This document shows positions 13,396 through 26,209 of a DNA stretch of 64,000 nucleotides, piece after piece. The stretch comes from Octopus vulgaris (taxonomy: Eukaryota). Within the stretch, counting starts at the first letter, position 1. Every line of letters starts with the position of its first letter. Below the pieces are notes generated by a model. It saw only the letters and a program-made list of their open reading frames with translations. It had not been told where the DNA came from and did no database searches. The stretch is taken from positions 110,546,001 through 110,610,000 of the forward strand of contig OX597821.1 in the NCBI GenBank assembly GCA_951406725.2, read 5' to 3'. The position numbers and the translations under genes were made by a program.

Positions 13396-14568
13396 TCTCT
13401 TATTATAAAAGGCAGATTTTATCTGCCTCCCTTTGTCAGTTATAGAAATCTACAATATAGGATTTCTTCAATTACAATTTACCTAGCATTTTTAAGAGTA
13501 GAATGCATCGGGTTTTGCCAGGTTCAGTTTTTAAAATTTAAACTCCAATTAAGCAAAATTTACAGAAAACTCACATTCTGGTGTGTATGTCAAATGCTTT
13601 TCTTAGTCTGGTTTACAGCACACGCAAACGCACACACACAGTGTGCAACGAATAAAGTGAAACTAGATGTAATATTTGTTTCTGTCTATCACGCTGATAG
13701 ATACATGAGTAAAATGTATGGCAAGCTAACAGATAAGAGTGAGTGAAAATGTTCTTGGAAGAGAGTAAATAGTGACAGAGTGATTTGAGGAAGACTAAAC
13801 TGAAAGTATGAAACAGTGTTTATGTATAAACAGACGACACTTATATAAACCCTTTCGTTACCAAACCGCCCGAATTTACCTATTCATATTTAAATGAGAA
13901 TATCAGAGTAAATCTCATTAGTACATTCGTGAAAACACGTATTATACTTCGTAAACACTTCAAATACAGTTTTGTACAAAAATCGAAGTGTAATTTTAAT
14001 TCCGTGAATTATGGGAGATTTTTTTCCGAAATTTGTTCCTATTGTGTTTTCAAAATTTGTAATTCTGACAAAAAATGGATACGAATTTCATTATATCAAG
14101 CAGCGAGTCAGAATTCGAAGGATTTTCTACTGAAGACCTTCATAAATCTAACTCTATGACTGAAAAAAAAAGCATCTTTATATAAGAGTGAAGTTGTGTG
14201 TCTGTCTCCTACGATTTAGATTCGTAATTACTCCCACATTTTGCGGTGGAGTTTAACCAAAAACGGGTATCTTATAGTCGTGATTCATATCGAGCCCTTC
14301 TGGGTATTAGCGCGCGTCTACGATGAGTCTACGATTTAAAAAAAAATTACCATCATATTTTTCCATCTTAATGCATTTTTTCGCTTTTATATAAGGGAAG
14401 TAACTCTCTAAAAATATCTACGATGTGTCAACGATTTAAAAAAAAAATTTACCTTAATTTATTTTCAATTTTTAATGCATTTTTTTGCTATTTTTTGGCT
14501 ATAACTCTCTAAAAATGCTTATATAGTTATTTCCCTTACAACCCGAGCAACGCCGGGCGATACTGCCA

Positions 14569-14569
<1 letters not shown>
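13396..14569 (+). mobile_element. Non-autonomous Helitron (composite; second 5' end at 14175)
   Basis: A|TC starts (TCTCTTATTATAAAAG, TCTTTATATAAGAG); 3' GC hairpin CCCG...CGGG then CCAG|T (mutated CTAG); 3' end matches 36762-36789. Confidence 0.65.
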
Positions 14570-15528
<959 letters not shown>

Positions 15529-15597
15529 TATATATATATGTATAAATATATATGTATATATATATATATATGAATAGATACATACATACATGCATAC

Positions 15598-15657
<60 letters not shown>

Positions 15658-15709
15658 GTATATACATATATATATATATATAAGTATATATGTATATTAT
15701 ACATATACG

Positions 15710-15772
<63 letters not shown>

Positions 15773-15872
15773 CCATTTTTATTAAAATTACTTTTAATCT
15801 AGCATTTTGCCTTATAATTTTTGCTCTCCTATCATTTCTTCACGTGCGGTTAACACAACCCCACTATTTACT

Positions 15873-15912
<40 letters not shown>

Positions 15913-15939
15913 TAAAGACGTTTACTCTATTAATCGTTT

Positions 15940-16041
15940 CAGCAGCACCTTTAGTCGAGCAAATCGACCCCAGCACTTATTCTTTGTAATACTTTACCGA
16001 ACTGCTAAGTTACGGGGACGTAAGCACAGACATACGAACAT

Positions 16042-16136
<95 letters not shown>

Positions 16137-16370
16137 TATATACACAGACACATATATATACAGACACACATATATATACACACAAACACAGACATACTCA
16201 TATATATATACATATATACGACTGGCGTCTGCCAAATCCAATCACAAGGCTTTTGTCGGGCCGAGGCTATAGTAGAAGACACTTGCCCAAGGTGCCACGT
16301 CAGTGGGACTGAACCCGGAACCATGTGGCTGGTAAGCAAGCTACGTACCACAGAGCCACTCCTACGCCTA
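15940..16370 (-). mobile_element. SINE family A with internal microsatellite
   Basis: Both halves present around a (TA)/(CA) tract. Confidence 0.75.
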
Positions 16371-16560
16371 CTTTTAAACATGATATAATGCATATATATA
16401 TAATATGTATATACATATGCATGTGTATATATGTATCTCTCTCTCTCTCTCTGTCAATATATATATATATATATAAATTATGCACACGCACCCACATACA
16501 ATTTATGGGTGTGTGTGTATGAGCATGTGTAGCGGTTGAGTGTGTGTCTATGAATATTTG

Positions 16561-16593
<33 letters not shown>

Positions 16594-17350
16594 ACGTGCA
16601 TGTGTATACGGTATTATTGGAAATCTGTTGCTACTTTGCTTAACTCCTCTGACGTAAGACAACGCATGTAAATCGTCGAAGCAGAAAAAACAAACAGCAG
16701 ATATTCACCTTCCTCGTATTTGACTGAACTATGCTAATATCTTATATATAAAACATAATATAATTCTCTTTGCCAGAGAAGTTTCGTGGTGTGCGAACTT
16801 TAGTGGAAACTATCTGTCTGATATTAAACCAGACTTTACGAGTGAGGCAGTATCTCGTATGCTTGTTTGCATATAGCTTTCTGTCAACGTATATTTGTGT
16901 TTTTTAGTGTTTATGCATTATTGCGTGTCTCTTTACTCGTTTTTTTTTTATAATTTCTTGTCCTTTGTCAGCGTGGGAACGAATGCGTTTGTATGAACTT
17001 CCGTTTTGACATAAAATTTTAGCGTGTGTCTGCGAGAGTGATTCACTGTATGTCTATGTGTTTCGTACGTGCGTGTGTCAATGTTTGTGTACGTGTGTCT
17101 CTGATATTATGTACGTGTACACGCACACACACATACACACACATAAATATATACGTGCTTTTATTTTGTGTATTTTGTGTCAGCGTTGCGTGTAAGTGCT
17201 AATGTGCATGTGTGTATTTGTGAACACACACATACACATACACATGTGTGGGGTGCTTGTGGCGTGCGTATATACGTCAGTGAAAATGTTTTTGTATAAG
17301 TGTATATCCTTAAGTGTATATCCTTAAATCCTTAAAAATGTTTTAGCCCG

Positions 17351-18040
17351 AATTAAAGTCAAAAAGAGGGTGACAAAATTGGATATTAATTTAATAACAT
17401 CAATTTAAACACCAGTGGTCTAGCGCATAAAAAACTGAGATTCAGTAAATATTATTAATACACAAATATGAGAGAGAATACACTATGTGGACGCTCTTAC
17501 GTTCTTACCACTAAGAATTGTTCTCAAGAAAAATTTAGCACACTAAGAACGTAAGCGAACAGGACAAATGAAAAGTAACAAGAAAATGTAGATTAACCCC
17601 ATACAATTGTTTCACTGTTAATAAATTATGCAATTTTACTTACATAATTATCCTCATATCATCGGTGAGGTACGTCATAAAATATAATTTGTCGAGCTGG
17701 CCGCTATATATTAACACGAGGTCAAAGACACGAGCAGTTAGGCCTATTATATTCACAGTTATATTCAAATGCCCTCGTTCTAGCGCGCCAAATTCTCGGA
17801 AATAAATACTGCATAAGTAATTCACTGCAGTAGTTTACGCCGGTTTGAGAACATATCAATTTATAATTAAAGTCAAAAAGAGGGTGAAAAAATTGGATAT
17901 TAATTTAATAACATCAATTTAAACACTACGTTCTTAGTGTGCTAAATTTTTCTTGAAAACAATTCTTAGTGGTTGAGTCCCTTTGCGGATCTATCTCTAG
18001 CGTAAGAGCGTCCACATAGTGGATACTCTCCCATATTTGT
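17351..18040. mobile_element. Rearranged pLTR-like element (direct plus inverted segments, decayed hammerhead)
   Basis: Direct repeat 17351-17410/17866-17925; inverted 17507-17553/17927-17973 and 17481-17501/18001-18021; minus-strand CCGATGA...GAAAC-AATT-GTA at 17600-17667. Confidence 0.6.
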
Positions 18041-18099
18041 ATATAAATATATATATATATACACACACACATACACACACAAACACACACACACACACA

Positions 18100-18265
18100 T
18101 ATGTCGGGCTTCTTTCAATTTTCATCTACCAAATCTACTCACAAGGCTTTGGCTGGCCCGAAGCTATAGTAGATGACACTTGCCCAAGGTTCCACACAGT
18201 GGGACTGAATCCGGAACCATGTGGTTGGGAAGCAAGATACTTACCACACAGCCACTCCTGCACCT
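18100..18265 (-). mobile_element. SINE family A, head half
   Basis: Matches 201-361. Confidence 0.8.
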
Positions 18266-18434
18266 ACATATACATATATATATATGTGTATGCATGTATG
18301 TATGTGTGTATATATATATATAGTCAATAATAATGAGGGTAAAATTAATTAATTAATTAATTAGTAATTAATAATTTTACCAAGCAGTGTTCAGTATGTA
18401 AAAGGACCAGTTACGGTAAATTTAAACATTACTT

Positions 18435-18541
18435 TATATAATTAGGGTTCAGCAAAGAAAAATTTGCTTTACCACACACTGAACTTTTTAAAATTTCTAA
18501 AAGTTCGGTGTGTGGTAAAGCAAATTCTTTTTGCTGAGCCC

Positions 18542-18551
<10 letters not shown>
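18435..18551. repeat. Fold-back inverted repeat next to (TA)n
   Basis: TATATAATTAGGGTTCAGCAAA...ACCACACACTGAACTTTT and its complement, short loop. Confidence 0.85.
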
Positions 18552-18588
<37 letters not shown>

Positions 18589-18697
18589 TTATATATATAC
18601 ATACATACATACATACAAACATACATACATACATACATACATACATACATACATACATACATACATACATACATACATACATACATACATACATACA

Positions 18698-18746
<49 letters not shown>

Positions 18747-19014
18747 TAATCAATATAGGGTGGCAAAAAAATTTTGTAGAATTCTTTTGCCACCAGCGGC
18801 CTAGTAGGAAAAAATTAAAATAGTCATAGACCATTTTTAAGTTTAACATCAACAATAAAGGAACGGCCATAATAGGCCATTCACCCACTAGAAATAACAG
18901 CCAAGCTTCAACGCAAATAAAAGTTAATTCAGTAAACCAGGAGAAAATTTTAAAAAAATATAGGGTAAATATTTATATATATATATATATGGTTACTATA
19001 TAACTTTTATTTGC

Positions 19015-19073
<59 letters not shown>

Positions 19074-19197
19074 ATATATATATACTATCTATAATCTCTG
19101 ATATATATATATATATTCAGTAGTGGTACGTATGTATGTATGTATATATATAATACACTTCTAAATCTCTGAGAGATTTATTCAGTAGTGGTACGAT

Positions 19198-19330
19198 ATA
19201 AGTAGTTGTATGCTGTCAACTTAATGTGACTGCCCTATGAGGGGGAGCACCGCTTCCTAGGGCTAAACAGCAGTAGCATTATTCCCTCTCATGGGATTGC
19301 CACATCAAGTTGACAGCATACAACTACTTT
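19198..19330. repeat. Imperfect inverted repeat containing structured motif X
   Basis: AAGTAGTTGTATGCTGTCAACTTAATGTG / CACATCAAGTTGACAGCATACAACTACTT. Confidence 0.8.
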
Positions 19331-19333
19331 ATA

Positions 19334-19388
<55 letters not shown>

Positions 19389-19611
19389 TTTGTATATATA
19401 TATTAGCTTCTGGTAGTGTATAAAGGTTGCGTATTTCTAGCGAAGCACTCAACCAGATTCTGGGTAATCAGCACTGCTGGAATACAGACTAATACCGAAA
19501 GCATTCAAGGGTAGAAAATACTGGTTTCACTGTTGTGTGGGTGTGTTAAAAGTAAATTATAATCCTAATAGTAAGAAGAGAAAGAGCTCTTTTAGTAAAT
19601 CTTTAATAATT

Positions 19612-20049
19612 CGTTACAACCGTTTCTGTGCCAATTCTGCTTGCAACGCCAGTTTATGCAAAAGTTCAAAGTGAAAATTTAGGTATTGTTTGCGTTTTTA
19701 GACTTTAGAGTGGCATTAGAAAAACGTGAGATATACGCTACAATGCTTTGTAGTAAAGATTGTTTGCCAACATAACATGGCAGTCCTGATTTACGATGAA
19801 TGTTGCTGTAATTTAGCCCCAGGCTGATGAAGGGAAATAACTCGGAAATCGCGATTCACAAATATTGTTTTGTGCTGAGTGGGGGTGCTAGATTCCTTTG
19901 TTCGGAAATATAAGGACACAGATCGTGCCATATAGCCAGCTGGAGACTATGTCTTCTGAGGCTAAATTACTGCAACATTCGTCCTAAACCAGGACTGCCA
20001 TGTTATGTTGGCAAACAATCTTTACTTTAGAGTGGCACTTCGTCAGACG
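19612..20049 (-). ncRNA. Type I hammerhead interrupted by a nested insertion
   Basis: Minus strand CGT-CTGACGA-A-GTGCCA ... TGGCAC-A-GAAAC-GGTT-GTA-ACG; insert 19716-20023 bounded by the 14-bp repeat ACTTTAGAGTGGCA. Confidence 0.5.
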
Positions 20050-20731
20050 GTGTGCCTTAACATTGTGTGTGTTCCAGACATTGTGTCTTTGCTTATATCG
20101 GGATATGCTTATACGTTAAAACCGGCCAGGTTTCAGGAGAATCGGGTATTTAAATAGTATAGCACAAAGGTCAGGTCAGTGATAGTATTATCTTGTACAA
20201 ACATTATTTAAGAACAAAGACGTGCTTACAGATTTGTACTCCGGTTGTGCTTACCTTCACAAATGGTTGCCTGAATAGACAACGGAGACAATTGCCTACA
20301 CTCACGGCACCACACTTCATAGACTTCATTTTATACCTCTCTTCATTTTTATTATATATCCTATTGTGTTTTATTTTACTGCATACTTGTATGTTTGGTT
20401 GTATTGTGTCGCATTACTAATCCCTTATGTTTATATGTGCATATATGTATTTATCCATGTATGTGCATATAGGTATATATGTATGTATATTATGTATGTG
20501 TATATGTATGCGTAAATGAGTACATACATTTGTGAATATAAGAGTTGAATACTTAAGTTATTGCATATAACATCGGTACGCATGCTCTAGCGCACCTTAA
20601 TGCATGGCTCTATCTGCATTAAATGCGTATATATAAATGCGTGTATATAAATGTATGTATATTTGCATAGGAGTGTATGCTCGAGAATACACTATGTGGG
20701 TTGCCTCTACATGTCTGTGTGTTACTGTATG

Positions 20732-21590
20732 TACAGGGTGCGTAAGATATATGAGGACAGATGTTTATGAAAAAAACAATTAAAATAACAGATAATAACT
20801 TTCGTTATCAAAAAATGCTATGAGGATAAAAATAAACCTTCTTTTGTATAATGTTATTCAATAAAGTTACCTTCAGCTTCAACAACTGCTTTTATATGAG
20901 ATCAACAAGCTCAAATCAAGTAGTCCTGGTTCATTTTGGATATTACACTGACTATGGAAGCTTTCAAAGAATCTTTGGTGTTATAGTAATGTAATAGTCC
21001 AATGGATTGAGGTCTGGGGAATTAGAAAACCAAATGTTAGGGGTTATGTGATCATGAAAGTTTTCATCCATCTATTCTTGTGCTACTAGAGCCATGTGTG
21101 ATAGTGTAGAGTCTTACTGAAATACATATGGCCTTCTATTGCAAACACTCTTTATCCAGGGTTTAACAATTATTTCCAGGATCTCAATGTGGGCGGCAGA
21201 GTTAACTCTAAGACCTTGTGGAAAGAAGTAAGGAGGCATCACATGTCCTTCATTGCGGTCAACCCCTAAAACCATGACAGCTGCAGGAAACTTTGTATAC
21301 ATAACACTTGGAACTTCAGAAGGGTCTGCACATAACCATCTGTCATTTCTTCTGTTAACTTTTTGATCTTGGTCGAAGTTTTTCTCGTTTGAGCAAAATC
21401 AAATCAAATCTTTTTCTGCTGGATTTTTCAGTTTGTTTAAGAGTTTTAAGATATGATGTAATGATTTTCTTTTGCTTTTTCGGACAAATTGACCTTTTCT
21501 CATCATATAAGATTTATATCTGATGTCTTCGTGGTTAACATTTCTGACTGTTCCTTCTGACACATGGAGATCTTTTGCAATTGACTTCAT
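20732..21590 (-). mobile_element. Decayed Tc1/mariner (maT/DD37D-like) transposon
   Basis: TA-CAGGGTG end; fragments KSIAKDLHVSEGTVRN, KFPAAVMVLGV...MPPYFFPQGLRVN...KPWI...PYVFQ, and NSPDLNPLDY. Confidence 0.8.
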
Positions 21591-21675
21591 GTATTAGATA
21601 ATACAGTTCTATATTTAATAGATGAGGAATTATGTACATTATTTACGAATATTTGTCTTAATCTTGTTTGTTGTT

Positions 21676-21718
21676 AACATAACGTTTCGGCTAATATACC
21701 CTCCAGCCTTCATCAGGT
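21676..21718 (-). ncRNA. Minimal type I hammerhead in inverted pLTR
   Basis: AC-CTGATGA-A-GGCTG-GAGGGTATAT-TAGCC-GAAAC-GTT-ATGTT. Confidence 0.65.
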
Positions 21719-22151
21719 AAAACTTCGAGTAAAACCGCCAATAGAAGAGAATATGGCTAAAAACTGCGTGTACTCCATGCTATGTAGCTGTTGTAGGTTA
21801 TACAAAGGCGAAACATGCTGCCCCCTCAAAATAAGGGTAGAGGAACATCGCAAAGCTGTGACACGGGAAGATATTGATAAATCGGGTATAGCTGATCATG
21901 TATGGAGAAATGGAGACCACCTCCTGCTGTGGGATGAAGTTAAAATAATAGACAGAGAACACCACAGGAAAATATGAAAACTAAAAGAAGCAGCACATAT
22001 GCTAGGACACAACAGCCTCCTATGCAGAACGAGTGCAGATATGAGCAGCATATGGGAACCGGTATTAAGGAAGGATAGGAGAATATTAGATTTATAATAT
22101 GGCGTAGTAGTCAAGAGCGCGGGCTACTAACCCCAGGATTCCAATTTCGAA

Positions 22152-22247
<96 letters not shown>

Positions 22248-22307
22248 CAACAACAACAACATCGAAAATACCTTAGGAATGAGAACCCAGGTTCGAAATT
22301 TCCCCAA

Positions 22308-22353
22308 GACACCTGATGAAGGCTAGAGGGTATATCAGAGGAAACGTTGTGTT
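22308..22353 (+). ncRNA. Minimal type I hammerhead in 3' pLTR (stem II mutated)
   Basis: GACAC-CTGATGA-A-GGCTA...CAGAG-GAAAC-GTT-GTGTT. Confidence 0.55.
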
Positions 22354-22488
22354 AACAACAAACAAGATGAGGACAAATATCCTTCAATTGTAACTAATGT
22401 AAGTAATGATCCATTATATATATATATATGCTGAACCGTCGATCTCTGCACATATTTTTTTACTTCTCCGTTTTTTCCCCTCTTAATC

Positions 22489-22524
22489 CTTTCTGCCGAA
22501 GAGCGTAGGCTCGAAACGTAAAAG
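22489..22524 (+). ncRNA. Minimal hammerhead, A6C core variant (family H1)
   Basis: CTTT-CTGCCGA-A-GAGC-GTAG-GCTC-GAAAC-GTA-AAAG. Confidence 0.55.
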
Positions 22525-23095
22525 ATTTTTGCATACTTCCCGAGCCTTAAACTAATGCACCTGCTTGCTGTTCCTACACCTGTCTCTCCATCTTTTGTTT
22601 GCTGTAAATCTGAACTATATATATATGTGTGTGTGTGTGTGTGTATGCGTGTGTCTGTATGTATATATATATATATATATATTTAAATACATGTATATAC
22701 ATACATATGTACGAGTGCAGTTTTGTTTGGGGTCGGGTCGTGTGTGTGTGTTTGTAGATTTTTAGACACACATGTCGGTGTTTGTTAGAAGGTGAAAGAG
22801 AGGGACAAAAAATAGGTACAACTGTGACAGAAGGTAAAAGGAAAAATGGAAACGGAAAGAAACTGAATGAAGGAAAATGGATTTCAACGATAAGTAGAGA
22901 ATGAAGAGAAAGAAAAGAGAAAGTGTAGGGGTGAGGAGCAGAAAGAGAAGATGAAGCACGGAGAGGATGAGGGAAATAAATTGATTGTTAATGAGAGAGA
23001 GATAGAGAGGGGGCGAGAGAGACAAACAGAAGTAGCCTAGGGAATAGAAGAGAAATGAGAATGGATATAAGGAATGATGAGAAATGGAAAGAGGA

Positions 23096-23154
<59 letters not shown>

Positions 23155-23349
23155 TGTATGGGTAACGGTAAAGTAACTTTCTCGAGTCATGCCGACTCAC
23201 TTGACCGCTTTCTCGGTTTCATGGCGTATATATTCCACACATGGCGGGGACACCGGTCCGTCGCAGGATTCTTGCCAGTTATTGGAAATATCTGAAAGCT
23301 CTGCGTCTGTATGTCCTTGAACACTGGAGAGAGAGAGAGAGAGAGAGAT

Positions 23350-23710
23350 ACTATAATATACGTAGGGAAAATCCTTGAGAGGAATGTTCTAAACTTGGTC
23401 ATTGGAGAATATTTCAACGTACGAACTAGTAGACATAGTTTGCTTCTAAATGTGCCACCTTCGAAATGACGAGCAAAAACATTCAATTGTACCCAGTTTG
23501 ATTTTTAGACGTCCTCAACTCTGTTAACTGTCCACTGAGAGAAATCAAAAATATAAAAGGAATTTTTACTGAAACATTCAAGAAAGCATTGGAAAAAATC
23601 CTAACGACAATACTGGACCAGCCAAACATTTAAGGATACACTTGGGGAAGTTCAGCTTCTACAAACTCAATCAAAGACCGGCTTCCTGGTATAAACTGAC
23701 AGAAAATAAA
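23350..23710 (+). mobile_element. Decayed 3' end of a CR1-like LINE
   Basis: IIYVGKILERNVLNL resembles the post-RT segment that normally follows LYSLER in CR1-type elements. Confidence 0.45.
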
Positions 23711-23754
23711 TTAAAAGAATGAAAGAATGTAAACATAACATTGAGCGAACGAGA

Positions 23755-23772
23755 GAATAAAGAGAGAGACAG

Positions 23773-23815
<43 letters not shown>

Positions 23816-24140
23816 AAGAGGGAGAAAGAGGGAGACAGAGACAGAGAGAGAGGGAGAGACAGGGAGACAGAGAGACAGATAGACAGAGAGAAACAGAGGC
23901 AGAGACAGAGACAAGGAGACAGAGACAGGCAGACAGACAGAGAGAGACAGAGGCAAAGACAGAGGCAGGGAGACAGAGACAGAGACAAGGAGACAGAAGC
24001 AGAGACAGAGATAGACAGACAGACAAAGACAGAGACAGGGAGACAGAGACAGAGGCACAGAGAGAGAAGGAGAGAGAGAGACAGAGAGAGACAGAGATAG
24101 AGGACAGAGCGACTGAAACAGACAGACAGACAGAGACGGA
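23755..24140. repeat. Degenerate (GA)n/(GACAGA)n tract
   Basis: Direct reading; source of the RE/LS ORFs. Confidence 0.95.
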
Positions 24141-24738
24141 GGGACAACTCTCACACTAACATACTTTAATCAAACACGTCACACATATCATCAGTCATTT
24201 TAATTCAGAATGGTTAGATGCTGCTTCAAGTCGGATCGATAGACGAACAACATATACGAGCAATATTGAACAGCGTGATTGGGAAGCGAAAAATCAAAAA
24301 AAAACAAAATTAAGTTCTTTGACGAAAACAAAAGGGTGCGTTGTTAATCTATTTGCTAAATATACCAAATATTTATACAGTAAAGTGTAGGATATTTGTT
24401 TTCAAAATTAGAAAGAGGACAATGTTTTCTCCCATGTATCAAATGTTTACCGAATTGTCATCACGTGTTTCATACAAAGAAAACTTAATAATAATTAAAC
24501 TTACGTATAATTGAATACATTTCTACTAATTGCATTCCATTTTAATTGCTCTTTATGAATGCGTATCGTCTAATATTGACTCGTTAACAATCAATAGTAA
24601 TTAATTCTTATTGTTTATATACACGCACGCATAGACATACATGCATGCATATATGCATACACACACACGCATATATATATACACATAAGTATATATGAAG
24701 ATATATTAGAGTTGTATACACACACACATACACACACA

Positions 24739-24910
<172 letters not shown>

Positions 24911-25077
24911 TATGTACAGAGAGAGAGGGGAGAAAATAGATTACAAACATACATAGATGAGGGTTTGGCGTTACGAAGCTATATTTGCAATCGAACACCT
25001 TATTCATTTCAATATATTCTAAATTATATATGTGTATAGATGTGCAAATATAAACCCACACATATAATATATAATAC

Positions 25078-25409
25078 ATGGCTCAGTGGTTAGAGCGTCA
25101 AAGCTTACGATCGTGAGGTTGTGATTTCGATTCCCGAACCGCGCTGCATGTTGTGTTCTTCAGCAAGACACTTTATTTCACGTTGCTCCAGTTCACTCAG
25201 TTGTAGAAATGAGTTGCGAAGTCACAGGTGCCAAGCTGTATCGGCCCTTTTACCTTTCCCTTGGATAACATCAGTGGGTGGATAAGGGAGGCTGGTATGC
25301 ATGGGCGACTGCTGGTCTTCCATAGACAACCTTGCCTCGGAGGACTTGTGCCTCGGAGGATAATTTTCTAGGTGCATTCCCAAGGTCATTCATGACCGAA
25401 GGCGGTCTC
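25078..25409 (+). mobile_element. tRNA-derived SINE family D
   Basis: TGGCTCAGTGGTTAGAGC A box, TTCGATTCCC B box, GTGTTCTTCAGCAAGACACTTTA CORE-like domain. Confidence 0.75.
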
Positions 25410-25559
25410 GAATATATATATATATATATATCACGTGACCGCTGGTCAAACCAGCCTCTTGGCCTCCGACCACTGCCGTGAGAACATCGTTGTCTTCGTC
25501 CGCCGATAAAGGCATTTTTTCCAAAATACGCCAGCTAAACTAAACTATTAGTCGTAAGA

Positions 25560-25857
25560 CACCCGGTGTTTTTGTCCTGTTTTTACCATTATTGTTTTTT
25601 GTATTTATATTCGTGTGGCATCGTCCATTTTTCTGTCCCTGTTTCGTATACATTCGATCCTTTTTCCAAGAAATCTAATGCTCGTAGCTTAGTTTTTCCT
25701 TGGGGCTGGCCGGATCGGAGCGATCTCAAGATTAATCAGCCGAAATTGCTAGGATGATCCGGTTCTTGACTGAAGATTGAAGGCTTCGAGTGTCCCATCC
25801 GTGTTTTTTGTGTCGTCTTCTAAATGTTTTACGTTCTTGTCCCAGTTTGTATTTTTC

Positions 25858-25860
<3 letters not shown>
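25560..25860 (+). mobile_element. Short element carrying a permuted hammerhead (family P1)
   Basis: Homologous to 14637-14977 (AAGAAATCTAATGCT...AGCTTAGTTTTT..CTTGGGGCTGGCCG); ends in (TA)n. Confidence 0.7.
25704..25776 (+). ncRNA. Non-circularly permuted hammerhead ribozyme candidate
   Basis: GGCTG-g-CCGGATC-gg-AGCGAT-C-TCAAGA-ttaat-CAGCC-GAAA-TTGCT-aggat-GATCCGG-t-TCTTGA-CTGAAGA. Confidence 0.72.
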
Positions 25861-25909
<49 letters not shown>

Positions 25910-26032
25910 GTATGTATATATATATATATATATATATACATATGATGAGAATTTATAGAAAAACAAAAGACGAAGACGGGTGTGTAAACAACAAACAGAT
26001 GTATTAGTTTAACGCTCGAGAAGTGAGAAAGT

Positions 26033-26069
26033 CTTTTACGTTTCGTGCCTATGCTCTTCGACAGAAAAG
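26033..26069 (-). ncRNA. Minimal hammerhead, A6U core variant (family H1)
   Basis: Minus strand TTT-CTGTCGA-A-GAGC-ATAG-GCAC-GAAAC-GTA-AAAG. Confidence 0.5.
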
Positions 26070-26209
26070 AGCACAGATATAAACAGGGAGAAAAAATAGA
26101 AAAAGGTTTAGTGGTTAGCGATCCATCATGGCAAATGTCGAACAGAGGGGTCACACAGGAGTGCTATGAAGAAGGGGAGATAATAAAGTAGCATATATAT
26201 ATAAATATA

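Larger units (their letters stand above)
21630..22410 (+). mobile_element. 5'-truncated Penelope-like element (GIY-YIG end) with inverted upstream pLTR
   Basis: NCVYSMLCSCCRLYKGET...RVEEHRK...KSGIADHVW...WDEVKIIDRE...KLKEA; pLTR 22260-22410 has an inverted copy at 21640-21718; both carry hammerhead motifs. Confidence 0.85.

Noticed and set aside
25078-25145. tRNA gene-like sequence (also at 8531, 22100, 40357, 60545)
   Set aside because: A/B boxes without a complete cloverleaf and continuing into SINE bodies; SINE heads, not tRNA genes
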